From positions 1 to 59,553 of the forward strand of contig JAFSCG010000106.1 in the NCBI GenBank assembly GCA_017436885.1: a stretch of DNA of 59,553 nt, in the 5' to 3' direction. Shown here piece after piece: positions 8,310-17,707 of this stretch. The position numbers and the translations under genes were made by a program. The notes under the pieces are model-generated. The model was not told where the DNA came from. It saw nothing but the letters and a program-made list of their open reading frames with translations, and made no database searches. Origin of the DNA: Clostridia bacterium (GTDB lineage Bacteria; Bacillota; Clostridia; Oscillospirales; CAG-272). Position 1 is the first letter of the stretch, and each line of letters begins with the position of its first letter.

Positions 8310-8981
8310 TTATTTGTTGTTTTTCACGTCGCAAACGGTGAGAGTACCGTCCGCAACGGTAAAGCTTATCTCGTGCCTGCCGTAGGTAAAGCCGTACACT
8401 CTGTCGCCGTCCTCGGCGTATCCGGGGCGCGGGTCTTGGGAGAGCAATTCCCGCAGGGGGGCGCGGAGCTTTTCCTCTATTTTTTCTTCCAGCTCTGTGG
8501 GAATAACAACGTCAAGGCTGTATTTTGCCGCATCGGTGGAAAAGCCGCCCGTGGCATCGGGCTTGCAGTCCGCATGGGGCAGATAAGGCTTTATATCGTA
8601 TATGGGGGTGCCGTCCATTATATCAATGCCCGAAACGGTAATAACGGGTCCTTCGTCGGTCATTTCCCAGCCCTCCAGCTTCACGCAGGAAAGACCGATG
8701 GGATTCGGGCGAAAGGGCGAACGGGTGGCAAACACTCCCATTCTTTTGTTGCCGCCAAGGCGCGGAGGGCGCACGGTGGGCGACCAGGTGGGGCGAAGTG
8801 CCTCGGAAAACTGCCAAATAAGCCAAAGGTGGGAAAAGCCCTCTATTCCGCGCAACGCCTCGGGCACGCGGTATTCGGGCTCGAATACTATCTTGCCCTT
8901 CAATCCCTCCACAAGTCCGCTTTGCCTCGGCAGACCGAACTTTTCGGGGAAGTCGGTGCGAATACGTGCTATTATCTTCAT
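8310..8981 (-). CDS. trmO: tRNA (N6-threonylcarbamoyladenosine37-N6)-methyltransferase TrmO (YaeB/TsaA family)
   Basis: GFSHLWLIWQF, VFATRSPFRPNPIGLS and GTPIYDIKPY are characteristic of the family. Confidence 0.85.
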   Translation of the reverse strand: MKIIARIRTDFPEKFGLPRQSGLVEGLKGKIVFEPEYRVPEALRGIEGFSHLWLIWQFSEALRPTWSPTVRPPRLGGNKRMGVFATRSPFRPNPIGLSCVKLEGWEMTDEGPVITVSGIDIMDGTPIYDIKPYLPHADCKPDATGGFSTDAAKYSLDVVIPTELEEKIEEKLRAPLRELLSQDPRPGYAEDGDRVYGFTYGRHEISFTVADGTLTVCDVKNNK

Positions 8982-8990
8982 GTTCTTTCC

Positions 8991-9482
8991 TTATTTAACT
9001 ATAAATCTCAGCTCGCCCGTGAAATCCAGCACCGTGTCGCCGAGGTCGGTTACGGAGATAAGGTCGGTAATTTCAAGGGTCATGGGGCGGGCGGTAACGG
9101 GGAAATCCTCGGCGTTTATCACAAGCTCGTAGGTAATGGCGTTTGCCTTGGTATCGGTTTCGTATATTGCGTAATTATAACCGCCATCAAGCTTTGCAAA
9201 GGGAAAGTGGGGGTATACGCCGCCAAGCTTTACCTCGTCTGCGCCGATGCCGCTTGGCAGATATACGGTAAAAAATATACGCACGGTCTCCGCCGTCTTT
9301 TCTGCGGAAACCAGCTTGACGTCAAGATCCTCGGAATTACCCTGCGCCACTCTCGTATCCTTTTCTATTTCTATATGTGCCACGTTTGGGTCAAAGTACA
9401 GGCCCAAAGCTACTGCGGTTGCGGTGAATACCACGGCAATGCAAATCAGCGACACGAGGGCGTAGCGTATAAGTTTTTTCAT
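8991..9482 (-). CDS. membrane-anchored extracytoplasmic protein, function unknown
   Basis: 163 aa with AAAGGAGGGG upstream, an N-terminal TM anchor (YALVSLICIAVVFTATAVALGLY) and a beta-rich remainder. Confidence 0.6.
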   Translation of the reverse strand: MKKLIRYALVSLICIAVVFTATAVALGLYFDPNVAHIEIEKDTRVAQGNSEDLDVKLVSAEKTAETVRIFFTVYLPSGIGADEVKLGGVYPHFPFAKLDGGYNYAIYETDTKANAITYELVINAEDFPVTARPMTLEITDLISVTDLGDTVLDFTGELRFIVK

Positions 9483-9631
9483 CGTTTCCCCTCCTTTTTA
9501 TTATTTCCTTATCTGCATTATACAGTAAAAATATGAATAAATCAAGTTTTTCGGAAAAGGAGAAAGCCGTTGAAAAGAGAAGCTTGATGTGTTATTATGG
9601 GATAAAGAATATCAAAACGGAGAATACCGAT

Positions 9632-11170
9632 ATGAGCTACGCCTATTACGAGTATATCGAGGATCGGGGAGATAGGCTTTTTACCGTTGTTTTGCTTCCC
9701 GAGAGGGAGGGCGGCTTTCCCACGGTGGTCTGCCGTTCGCCATACGTTAAAAACACCGTCGACCAAGATGAAAACGATGTGGTGCGCGCCTGCGAGAATA
9801 CCTACGCTCCGTGGCTTTTGCGCGGCTATGCGGTGGTGTTTCAGCATTGCAGGGGGCAGGGGAAAAGCACGGGCGCGTTCGTTCCTTACGTCCACGAGCG
9901 CGAGGACGGTCTTTTGCTGCGCCGTTGGATACGGGGACGCTCTTTTTACAACGGAGAGCTGTTTTTGCTCGGCGCAAGCTACACCGCGTCCCTGCATTAC
10001 GCAACCGCTCCCTTTGAAGCGGATGTCAAGGGTGCGGTGTTTGAGGTGCAGGACACGGAGCGGTATCGGCTGTGGTACCGCAACGCACAGATGCGCAAGG
10101 GACATGCAAATTGGCATTTCGGACTTTATAAAAGCAAATGCGGCTTAAATAAAAGCTTCGGTATGTCATCCTTTTCGGAGCTTCCGCTGGACGGTCTGTC
10201 CGAAAGGGTGCTTGGCGACAGAGCTTGCGATTTTGAGGAGATGCTCCGCGCGGGAGATCCCGAACACCCTTTCTGGGGCACGCGAAACGGCGGTGCGGAA
10301 GCGAAGAATGCCGTGAAAAATGCGGGTATTCCCATTTTGCTTACAACGGGCTACAACGATTTTTATTGCGGCGGACTATTCAGAATGTGGGAGGAGATGG
10401 ACGGCGAGGCAAAGAAGCGCTGTGCCCTGCTGGTTTCGCCGTATAACCACGGCGACGGATACTCGGTGGATAGGGGCATCGCCTTTGAAAAGGGCAAGCG
10501 GGTGGAAAATTTCGGCGCTTCGTACCGCATTGATTGGTTCGATAACATCCGTTTCGGAACGCCACTTCCCTTTGAAAAGGGAGTTATAAGCTATTACCGC
10601 ACCTTTGAAAACGGTTGGCAGACGGATTTCCATGCCGTGCCCACAAGGGAGCTGGAGCTGCCTCTCGGAAAGGGCGTTGGCACTTTTTGTTACGACCCCG
10701 CACATCCGACGGCGTTTTGCGGCGAGGGGACATTTGCGGATGAGTTCAACCCCGAGGGCAGTGTTATCACTCTTTATACCGTGCCTTTCGCACACGACGT
10801 GTTTGTAAAGGGCAGGATGAGAGCAAGGCTTGCGGTGGAATCCGACAGACCGGACACCACGTTTTACATGCGTGTGAGCATTGAAAAGCCCGGCGGGGAT
10901 TACGTGCTGCGCCATGATATTACCTCCCTTTCCCATCAGCTTGGGGATTATGAGGAAAACAGCAGGGTAGAGCTGGAGATGTGCTTCGACGAATACGCGT
11001 TTTTGTTAAGATCCGGAGAAAGACTGCGTGTTGATATCGCCGGCACGGACGATAACATTTACGTCTGCCATACCAACAGAAGAGGCGAATATTACCTGCA
11101 GGATGGAACCGATATTGCATTGAACACCGTGTATCTCTGCGACTTGGTGCTTATTCTTCCCGTTGAGTAA
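9632..11170 (+). CDS. CocE/NonD-family (S15 X-Pro dipeptidyl-peptidase-like) hydrolase
   Basis: ORF 9533..11170 trimmed to the ATG at 9632 (MSYAYYEYIEDRG). PTVVCRSPY, FLLGASYTA (nucleophile elbow region) and the C-terminal beta-sandwich pattern match this family. Confidence 0.7.
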   Translation: MSYAYYEYIEDRGDRLFTVVLLPEREGGFPTVVCRSPYVKNTVDQDENDVVRACENTYAPWLLRGYAVVFQHCRGQGKSTGAFVPYVHEREDGLLLRRWIRGRSFYNGELFLLGASYTASLHYATAPFEADVKGAVFEVQDTERYRLWYRNAQMRKGHANWHFGLYKSKCGLNKSFGMSSFSELPLDGLSERVLGDRACDFEEMLRAGDPEHPFWGTRNGGAEAKNAVKNAGIPILLTTGYNDFYCGGLFRMWEEMDGEAKKRCALLVSPYNHGDGYSVDRGIAFEKGKRVENFGASYRIDWFDNIRFGTPLPFEKGVISYYRTFENGWQTDFHAVPTRELELPLGKGVGTFCYDPAHPTAFCGEGTFADEFNPEGSVITLYTVPFAHDVFVKGRMRARLAVESDRPDTTFYMRVSIEKPGGDYVLRHDITSLSHQLGDYEENSRVELEMCFDEYAFLLRSGERLRVDIAGTDDNIYVCHTNRRGEYYLQDGTDIALNTVYLCDLVLILPVE

Positions 11171-11187
11171 AAAAATGCCATTCGCTA

Positions 11188-11216
11188 TTGAAATGAGCGA
11201 AGGCTTGTGGTATCAT
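11188..11216 (+). promoter_or_regulatory. sigma-A-type promoter of galM-galT (TTGAAA-17 nt-TATCAT)
   Basis: TTGAAA at 11188-11193, a 17-nt spacer, then TATCAT at 11211-11216. Confidence 0.5.
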
Positions 11217-11272
11217 AGTAAAAGAGAAATAATGCTTTTTATTACTTTTTTTATAAAATATCGGAGGGAAAA

Positions 11273-12289
11273 ATGGAAAAGAAGTTATTTGGCTACATGC
11301 CCAACGGCTGTGCGGTGTATTCCTACACCATGAAGAACGGCAAAATGGAAGCGGAGATCGTTACCCTCGGCGGTATCATTCGCCGTCTTGAGGTAAACGG
11401 AACCGACGTTGTTATGGGCTTTGACACCGTGGAGGCTATGCTTACCGATACCTCCAATCAGGGCGCGCTTATCGGACGCTACGGCAACCGTATCAAGGAC
11501 TCCCACTTCTTTATCGACGGCAAGGAGTACAAGCTTTACGCCAATAACGGCAAAAACCACCTTCACGGCGGCAAGTACGGCTACAACCGCAAGCTCTGGA
11601 CTGCAGAGGCAAAGGGCGATAACGTGCTCGTTCTTAAGTACTTCAGCCCCGATCTGGAGGAAAACTATCCCGGTAACCTTGACGTAACCGTTACCTACAC
11701 CCTCTACGAGGACGCTCTCGGCATCCACTACGAGGCAGTAAGTGATAAGGACACCTTCGTTAACCTGACAAACCACGCTTATTTCAACCTTAACGGCGGC
11801 GACGGAAGCAACATCCTCGACCACGTTCTGCAGATCAACGCAGACACCTACACCGCAGTAGACTCTGCCCTCATTCCCGTTGGCAGAGAGGCAGTTGCGG
11901 GCACTATGTTCGACTTCCGCACCCCCAAGAAGATCGGCACCGATCTCCACGGCACCAAGGTAAGCGATCCCGATTTCGGCTACGACCACAACTTCAACCT
12001 TACCGGTGCAGTTAAGGAGACCTACGACGGCAAGGAGCTTAACGTTTGTGCCGTTCTTACCAACGGTAAGCTTACCATGACCACCCTCACCGATCAGATG
12101 GGCGTTCAGTTCTACAGCGCAAACTTCCTTGAGGATCCTCGCGTTCAGTTCAAGGGCGGCGTTGCTCTCAACCGCAGAATGGCTCTGTGCCTTGAGACCC
12201 AGTTCGAGCCCGACGCTCCCACCAGAGGCGAGAACCTGCTGAAGGCCGGCGACAAGTACGAGACCGTAACCGTTTACCGTTTTGCGTGA
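11273..12289 (+). CDS. galM: aldose 1-epimerase (galactose mutarotase)
   Basis: IGRYGNRI, NHLHGG and LTNHAYFNL motifs, with length and colinearity matching GalM. GGAGGGAAAAATG gives the RBS context. Confidence 0.88.
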   Translation: MEKKLFGYMPNGCAVYSYTMKNGKMEAEIVTLGGIIRRLEVNGTDVVMGFDTVEAMLTDTSNQGALIGRYGNRIKDSHFFIDGKEYKLYANNGKNHLHGGKYGYNRKLWTAEAKGDNVLVLKYFSPDLEENYPGNLDVTVTYTLYEDALGIHYEAVSDKDTFVNLTNHAYFNLNGGDGSNILDHVLQINADTYTAVDSALIPVGREAVAGTMFDFRTPKKIGTDLHGTKVSDPDFGYDHNFNLTGAVKETYDGKELNVCAVLTNGKLTMTTLTDQMGVQFYSANFLEDPRVQFKGGVALNRRMALCLETQFEPDAPTRGENLLKAGDKYETVTVYRFA

Positions 12290-12296
12290 GGCCGAT

Positions 12297-13802
12297 ATGC
12301 AGATAATGAAGGACATCAGTGCGCTTCTTGACTATGCGGTAGAGAAGTGCCTTATAGAGGAGTGCGACCGCACCTGGGCTGCCAACCGTCTTATCGAGGC
12401 TCTCGGTCTTGCGGAATTCGTTCCCGCCGAGGAAAAGGACGGACGCGATCTCGAGGCCATCCTTGCCTCTATTTGCGATTACGCCGCAGAAAACGGCCTT
12501 ATGGCTGACAACACCGTTACATACCGCGACCTGTTCGATACCAAGATAATGGGTCTGCTTGTGCCCCGTCCCTCCGAGGTGGTACGCCGCTTTAACGAGG
12601 AGTACGCCAAGTCCCCCGAGGCGGCAACCGAGTATTATTACGCGCTCAGCCGCAATTCCGATTACATACGCACCTACCGTGTAAAGCGCGACCTGCGTTG
12701 GGTTACCGCTACCGAGTTTGGCGAGCTTGACATTACCGTTAACCTCTCCAAGCCCGAAAAGGACCCCAAGGCCATTGCCGCCGCCCTTACACAGAAGGCT
12801 GCCGAGTACCCCAAGTGCCTCCTTTGCAAGGAAAACGAGGGCTTTGCGGGTCATCTTACCCGTCCCGCACGTCAGAACCACCGCGTTATCCCCCTTACCA
12901 TGGCAGGTGAGCAGTGGTATCTGCAGTACTCCCCCTACGTTTACTATAACGAGCATTGCATAGCCTTCAACGGCGCTCACACCCCCATGAAGATCAACCG
13001 TGCCGCCTTTGATAAGCTGCTTGATTTCGTTACCATCTTCCCTCACTATTTTATCGGAAGCAATGCGGACCTGCCCATCGTCGGCGGCTCCATCCTCACC
13101 CACGACCATTTCCAGGGCGGACGCTACGAGTTTGCCATGGCAAAGGCCGAGGCGGAGATGAAGCTTACCTTCGCGGGCTTTGAGGACGTGGAGGCAGAGA
13201 TCGTAAAGTGGCCTCTCTCCGTTATCCGTCTGCGCCACGGGGATAAGACCCGCGTTGCCGAGCTTGGAGAAAAGATCCTCAACGCTTGGCGCGGATATAC
13301 CGACGAGAGCGCGTTCATATATGCGGAGACCAATGGCGAGAAGCACAACACCATCACTCCCATTGCCCGCCGCAGAGGCGAAAAGTACGAGCTTGATCTG
13401 GTGCTTCGCAACAATATCACCACCGAGGAGCATCCCATGGGCGTTTACCATCCCCATGCAGAGCTCCACCATATAAAGAAGGAAAACATCGGACTTATCG
13501 AGGTCATGGGTCTGGCAGTTCTTCCCGCCCGTCTGAAGGCCGAGCTTGCCCGCCTTGCGGAGCTGCTTGTAAGCGGAGGCGATCTGCGCGCCGACGAGCT
13601 TACGGAAAAGCACGCCGATTGGGCTGAAAAGATCGCCGCCGACCACGGCAAGTTCGCAAGCGTTGAGGAGGCCGACGCCGTGCTCCGTGAGGAGGTAGGC
13701 AAGGTATTCTGCCTCGTGCTTTGCGATGCGGGCGTGTACAAGTGCACCCCCGAGGGCAGAGCGGCGTTCAAGCGTTTTGCCGATAGCGTGTCGCGTGCGT
13801 GA
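12297..13802 (+). CDS. galT: UDP-glucose--hexose-1-phosphate uridylyltransferase (class II GalT)
   Basis: ORF 12282..13802 trimmed to the ATG at 12297. About 500 aa, with GGSILTHDHFQGG as in Firmicute-type GalT. Confidence 0.88.
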   Translation: MQIMKDISALLDYAVEKCLIEECDRTWAANRLIEALGLAEFVPAEEKDGRDLEAILASICDYAAENGLMADNTVTYRDLFDTKIMGLLVPRPSEVVRRFNEEYAKSPEAATEYYYALSRNSDYIRTYRVKRDLRWVTATEFGELDITVNLSKPEKDPKAIAAALTQKAAEYPKCLLCKENEGFAGHLTRPARQNHRVIPLTMAGEQWYLQYSPYVYYNEHCIAFNGAHTPMKINRAAFDKLLDFVTIFPHYFIGSNADLPIVGGSILTHDHFQGGRYEFAMAKAEAEMKLTFAGFEDVEAEIVKWPLSVIRLRHGDKTRVAELGEKILNAWRGYTDESAFIYAETNGEKHNTITPIARRRGEKYELDLVLRNNITTEEHPMGVYHPHAELHHIKKENIGLIEVMGLAVLPARLKAELARLAELLVSGGDLRADELTEKHADWAEKIAADHGKFASVEEADAVLREEVGKVFCLVLCDAGVYKCTPEGRAAFKRFADSVSRA

Positions 13803-13975
13803 ACGCGACGCGCAGTTATGATCGCCTACGGCGAACTATGAGTTATAAGTTATGAGATGCTTTTCATCGTTTGAATAAAGAATCGCAAGGCGATCATATC
13901 ATAACGTTTCGCAAAGCGGAACTCATAACGTTTGCATAGCAAACTTATAACTCATAACTTTTATATTTTTGATTC
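13803..13975. repeat. nested inverted-repeat (cruciform-capable) intergenic element
   Basis: A perfect 15-bp inverted repeat TATGAGTTATAAGTT (13837-13851) / AACTTATAACTCATA (13942-13956) encloses an inner repeat ATGATCGCC...GGCGATCAT. Confidence 0.75.
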
Positions 13976-13996
13976 GTATTTATTTCTCAAAAGCCC

Positions 13997-14025
13997 TTGC
14001 AATTTAGAGAAAAGTATGGTATCAT
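13997..14025 (+). promoter_or_regulatory. extended -10 promoter of rpsT (TTGCAA-17 nt-TGgTATCAT)
   Basis: TTGCAA at 13997-14002, TG at 14017-14018 and TATCAT at 14020-14025. An approximately 85-nt leader follows. Confidence 0.55.
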
Positions 14026-14113
14026 ACTATTCTGTGATGACATTTCGGGGAGAACCGCACCCTCTCAGGCGGATCTCCAAATTAAATAATTTCGTGAAGA
14101 GGAGGTGTTTTCG

Positions 14114-14374
14114 GTGCCTAACATTAAATCCGCAAAGAAGCGCGTAAAGGTTAACGAAACCAAGGCGCTCCAGAACAAGATGTTTAAGTCCAGACTTCGC
14201 ACTGCTATGAAGAAGTACGCAGCTGCAGTTGAGTCCGGCGACAAGGCAGCAGCTGAGGTTGCATACAAGGATGCAGTTAAGCTCATCGACCGTGCTGTTT
14301 GCCGCGGTGCAGTTCACAAGAACCTTGCAGCCCGCAAGAAGAGCCAGTTTACCAAGGCTCTCAACAACCTTTAA
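14114..14374 (+). CDS. rpsT: 30S ribosomal protein S20
   Basis: GTG start at 14114, 8 nt after AGGAGG. (M)PNIKSAKKRVKVNETKALQNKMFKSRLRT is typical of S20. Confidence 0.92.
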   Translation: MPNIKSAKKRVKVNETKALQNKMFKSRLRTAMKKYAAAVESGDKAAAEVAYKDAVKLIDRAVCRGAVHKNLAARKKSQFTKALNNL

Positions 14375-14388
14375 TTGTGTTATGTATA

Positions 14389-14424
14389 AAAAACCTGCTG
14401 TTTAACCCGACAGCAGGTTTTTTA
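14389..14424 (+). terminator. intrinsic terminator of rpsT
   Basis: AAAACCTGCTG-loop-CAGCAGGTTTT followed by a T-run. Confidence 0.85.
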
Positions 14425-14426
14425 CA

Positions 14427-14730
14427 TTGAAAATCGCCGTATACTTCAGAGAATTGCCCCAAAGCACCTCGACGTACGTAAGTACGCCTTCGGTTGGCTT
14501 GAGGGAGCAATTTCTTCGTCTACGACGATTTTTAGCTTGGTTAATATCGAAAATCGTCGTATACTTCAGAGAAAAATCCAAAAGCAGCTCGACGTATGAA
14601 GATACGCCTTCTCTTGGCTTTATGGATTTTTTCTTCGTCTACGACGATTTTTAGCGTTTCGATTTCGAAATTGCGTATATTTCAAACAATCTTCAATCGT
14701 AGGGGAGGGGTCTCCCCTCCCGCAAATATC
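14427..14730. repeat. two 120-bp tandem long-hairpin units plus a partial third (family B), ending in the GGGAGGGGTCTCCCCTCCCGCAA hairpin
   Basis: The units at 14429-14533 and 14549-14652 both start AAAATCG(C/T)CGTATACTTCAGAGAA and end TTCTTCGTCTACGACGATTTTT, with a CGACGTA..TACGCC apex. The same design occurs at 37117-37221. Confidence 0.8.
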
Positions 14731-14767
14731 CAACCTCAACGATAGAACGGGAGGCGAAACGCCTCCC

Positions 14768-15928
14768 CTACTTCTCTCCCGCGAGGGAGAGAACGCCCTC
14801 TTTAAGGGCGGCGCAGAAGCGCGTTATGTCCTCGGGCAAGTAATCGGCAGATATGCTGACGCGCACGGTCTTACCTGCGGCGTTTTCGTCAAGACCGAAG
14901 GCAATAAGAGAGGAGGAGGCGTGCTTTGCGTGGCTGGAGCAGGCAGAGCCTGCGGAAACGAATATACCCTTGGCAGAAAGAAAATGCACCAGAGTTTCGC
15001 TTCTGACGCGGCTGTTTGTAATGCTTATTATGTGAGGTGCGCGCACGGGCGGCAGGTTGAATGAGATAAGCTCGCAGTCTCCAAGCTCATTGGTTATTTG
15101 CTCCGTAAGGGCGCGGCATTTGCGGGCGCTTTCCCCAAGCTTTGCCGAGTTTTCCTTAACTGCGGCACCGAATGCCGCAATGCCTACGGTATTTTCCGTA
15201 CCGCTTCGCAGTCCGCTTTCCTGACCGCCGCCGTAGATAACGGGGGAGAGGCGGCGCATTTTTTCCGTTTCGGGCGTGAACCAGAGGGCACCAACGCCCT
15301 TCATGCCGCCCACTTTATGCGCACTTACCGTCACCGCGTCACATCCGAGGCGATGCACGTTCATTGGTATCTTCAAAAAAGCCTGTACCGCATCGCAGTG
15401 CAAAAACGCCTGCGGTGCTTTTTTTCTTGCCGTTTTGAAGGCTGTGGCAACGTCGTACACCGCACCCGTTTCGTTATTAACGTGCATAAGGCTGACTATG
15501 GCGGTGCTTTCGTCAAGAGCGTCCTCCAGCTGTGCCATATCAAGGGTGCCGCCCTTGGTGCGGATGCGCACGGCGCTCCAGCCCATCTCCTCCAGCACCC
15601 GTACTTGATTTTCAATTGCGGGATGCTCGCTGTCGGTTATGATTATTTTTGGCGTGCCGCGAAACTTTTTTGCCCTTGCGGCTCCGAGAATGGCAAGATT
15701 GTTTGCCTCACTGCCCGAGCCGCAGAAAATCAGCCTGCCTTTTGTTTTGTCGCTTCCGAGGGCGGCAAGCACGTTATTCCTTGCCGCGGTCAGCTCCTTT
15801 TCCGCCGCAAGACCGGCGCTGTGCAGGGAAGAAGGGTTTCCGTAAATATCCATAACGCGCACCGCCGCCTCCTTCGCCATAGGCGAAAGGGGCGTGGTGG
15901 CGCTGTTGTCAAAGTAAAGCTCCTTCAT
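14768..15928 (-). CDS. cysteine desulfurase (NifS/IscS-like class V aminotransferase)
   Basis: YFDNSATTP, the PLP-lysine context [14 protein letters not shown] and the catalytic-cysteine context SAGSACSS. Confidence 0.85.
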   Translation of the reverse strand: MKELYFDNSATTPLSPMAKEAAVRVMDIYGNPSSLHSAGLAAEKELTAARNNVLAALGSDKTKGRLIFCGSGSEANNLAILGAARAKKFRGTPKIIITDSEHPAIENQVRVLEEMGWSAVRIRTKGGTLDMAQLEDALDESTAIVSLMHVNNETGAVYDVATAFKTARKKAPQAFLHCDAVQAFLKIPMNVHRLGCDAVTVSAHKVGGMKGVGALWFTPETEKMRRLSPVIYGGGQESGLRSGTENTVGIAAFGAAVKENSAKLGESARKCRALTEQITNELGDCELISFNLPPVRAPHIISITNSRVRSETLVHFLSAKGIFVSAGSACSSHAKHASSSLIAFGLDENAAGKTVRVSISADYLPEDITRFCAALKEGVLSLAGEK

Positions 15929-16443
15929 TACATAAAGCGGAATTCCGCAAGGACGAGAGCAACCTTGTCGATATGCTCTTCGAACTTTTCGGGCGTTGCG
16001 GTGAAGGTGAAAACGTATACGGTGCTGTTCTTCACGCAGAATACCTGCATTACCTTATAGTCGCGGGTGCCTGCCTTTGCGGTGTAGGTGTACTGCTTTG
16101 CCTCAACGCCGTCAAGGGCGGTGGCCTTTACCTCGGGCTCGGACATCTCCTTAAAGAGCGCGGAGTATTCCGCCTTTACGCTCTCCCAATATTCGTCCAC
16201 GGTCATGGTCTTTTCAAGGGCGTAGGAGGTCATGGACATGTTGGACTTGTCCGTATCGCTGTAATAAGCGGAGGCAACTCCCGTGGACATATCCACGGTC
16301 CAGTTCTGGGGCACGAAGAAATAGTAGTCGCTTACCTCGTTGCTTGCCAGCTTCATTCCCGTGGGGGCGTTTACCTTGTTGCCGCAAGCGGCAAGGGAGA
16401 GAACTGCCACAAGGCAGAGAATGATTGCGGTGATCTTTTTCAT
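15928..16443 (-). CDS. lipoprotein of unknown function
   Basis: MKKITAIILCLVAVLSLAACGN gives a signal peptide plus lipobox. The stop overlaps the start of the desulfurase gene by 1 nt. Confidence 0.65.
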   Translation of the reverse strand: MKKITAIILCLVAVLSLAACGNKVNAPTGMKLASNEVSDYYFFVPQNWTVDMSTGVASAYYSDTDKSNMSMTSYALEKTMTVDEYWESVKAEYSALFKEMSEPEVKATALDGVEAKQYTYTAKAGTRDYKVMQVFCVKNSTVYVFTFTATPEKFEEHIDKVALVLAEFRFM

Positions 16444-16459
16444 TGTTTTTTCCTCTTTT

Positions 16460-17707
16460 TTATTTATTGGTGGCTTTTATAACTTCCTCTGCGGCGCCGA
16501 TAATGCCGCATTTGCCGCTTTCGTAGGTAAGTCCGCCCTGCAGGAACACGCGGAAGGGCGGGCGCAGGGGTCCGTCAGCGGAAAGCTCGATGGACGAGCC
16601 GCCCACGAAAGCACCTGCCGCCATAATTACCTGATCGTCGTAGCCGGGCATATCCCATGGCTCGGGAGTAAGGAAGGAGTCGATGGGGGAATTTGCCTGA
16701 ATGCCGCGGCAGAAGGCACAAAGAGCGTCTGCACTTTCAAGCTCGATTATCTGTATGATGTCCTGCCTCATCTCGCCCGCCTCGGGGGAAACGCGGTAGC
16801 CGAGTCGGGAGAAAACGTACGCGGCAAGCTGTGCGGTCTTTATCGCCTCCGCAACAACGTGGGGCGCAAAGAAAAGTCCGCGGAAGATGTTCTTGTTCTG
16901 ACCGAGGGTAGCACCCACCTCGCCGCCGATGCCGGGAACGGTAAGTCGGTAGGAGACCAGCTCCACGGCCTTGGCACTTCCCGCCATGTAGCCGCCCGCG
17001 TCTGCCATTCCGCCGCCGGGGTTCTTTATCAGGGAGCCGACCAGCAGGTCTGCACGGTAGGGCTCTATCTCCTCAACAAATTCGCCGTAGCAGTTGTCCA
17101 CCATTACGAAGGCGGAGGAGCGTGCATGCACAAAGTCCGCAAGCTCGTTTATCTCCGCGGCTGTAAGGGTGCGTCTGCCCGCATATCCGCGACTGCGCTG
17201 AACGTAAACCACCTTAACGGTGCCGTCCTCCAGCGCCTTTTCGATGGCGGGATAGTCGAATTCCTCGCGTCCGTTTTTGATGGCAAAATCTATCTGCTTG
17301 TAATTGATGCCGAAGTCGGGAAGGGAGCCCTCGCCGTCCTTCTTTTCCGTAACGCCCTTTAAGGTGTCGTAAAGCTCGCCCGTAACGGAAAGAAGAGTGT
17401 CGCCCGGTCGCAAAAGACCGAAAAGACCGATTGTCAGGGCATGGGTGCCGTTTGCAATGCTGTGGCGTACTATTGCCGCTTCGGTGCCGAATACCTCTGC
17501 GTACACCTCGTCGATAAGCTCGCGTCCGCGGTCGTTGTAGCCGTAGCCGTCGCTTGCGGCAAAATGGGTGGCGCTGATGCGCGCGTTTTTAAAGGCGGTA
17601 AGCACCTTCCTTGTGTTTATCTCGGAAATGCGCGCAATGCGGGCAAAGCAGGGGGCAAGCTCCTCCTCGCCTTGGGCGCAAAGGGCTTCAAGCTGTTCTG
17701 CGTTCAT
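16460..17707 (-). CDS. ynbB: methionine gamma-lyase-family PLP protein (YnbB / aluminium-resistance-protein family)
   Basis: ORF trimmed to the ATG at 17707 (MNAEQLEAL), which forms an ATGA overlap with the upstream gene stop. DGYGYNDRGRE, ANGTHAL and SLIKNPGGG are family-typical. Confidence 0.8.
   Translation of the reverse strand: MNAEQLEALCAQGEEELAPCFARIARISEINTRKVLTAFKNARISATHFAASDGYGYNDRGRELIDEVYAEVFGTEAAIVRHSIANGTHALTIGLFGLLRPGDTLLSVTGELYDTLKGVTEKKDGEGSLPDFGINYKQIDFAIKNGREEFDYPAIEKALEDGTVKVVYVQRSRGYAGRRTLTAAEINELADFVHARSSAFVMVDNCYGEFVEEIEPYRADLLVGSLIKNPGGGMADAGGYMAGSAKAVELVSYRLTVPGIGGEVGATLGQNKNIFRGLFFAPHVVAEAIKTAQLAAYVFSRLGYRVSPEAGEMRQDIIQIIELESADALCAFCRGIQANSPIDSFLTPEPWDMPGYDDQVIMAAGAFVGGSSIELSADGPLRPPFRVFLQGGLTYESGKCGIIGAAEEVIKATNK

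Noticed and set aside
11285-13646. 343-aa and 492-aa minus-strand ORFs opposite galM and galT
   Set aside because: They are antisense shadow ORFs, and both plus-strand genes carry diagnostic motifs.
14427-14654. 75-aa ORF, and a possible CRISPR array, in the rpsT-desulfurase spacer
   Set aside because: The ORF is made of two copies of a 120-bp hairpin unit and has no RBS. The array lacks the constant short repeats alternating with unique spacers that define CRISPR, and there are no cas genes in the window.
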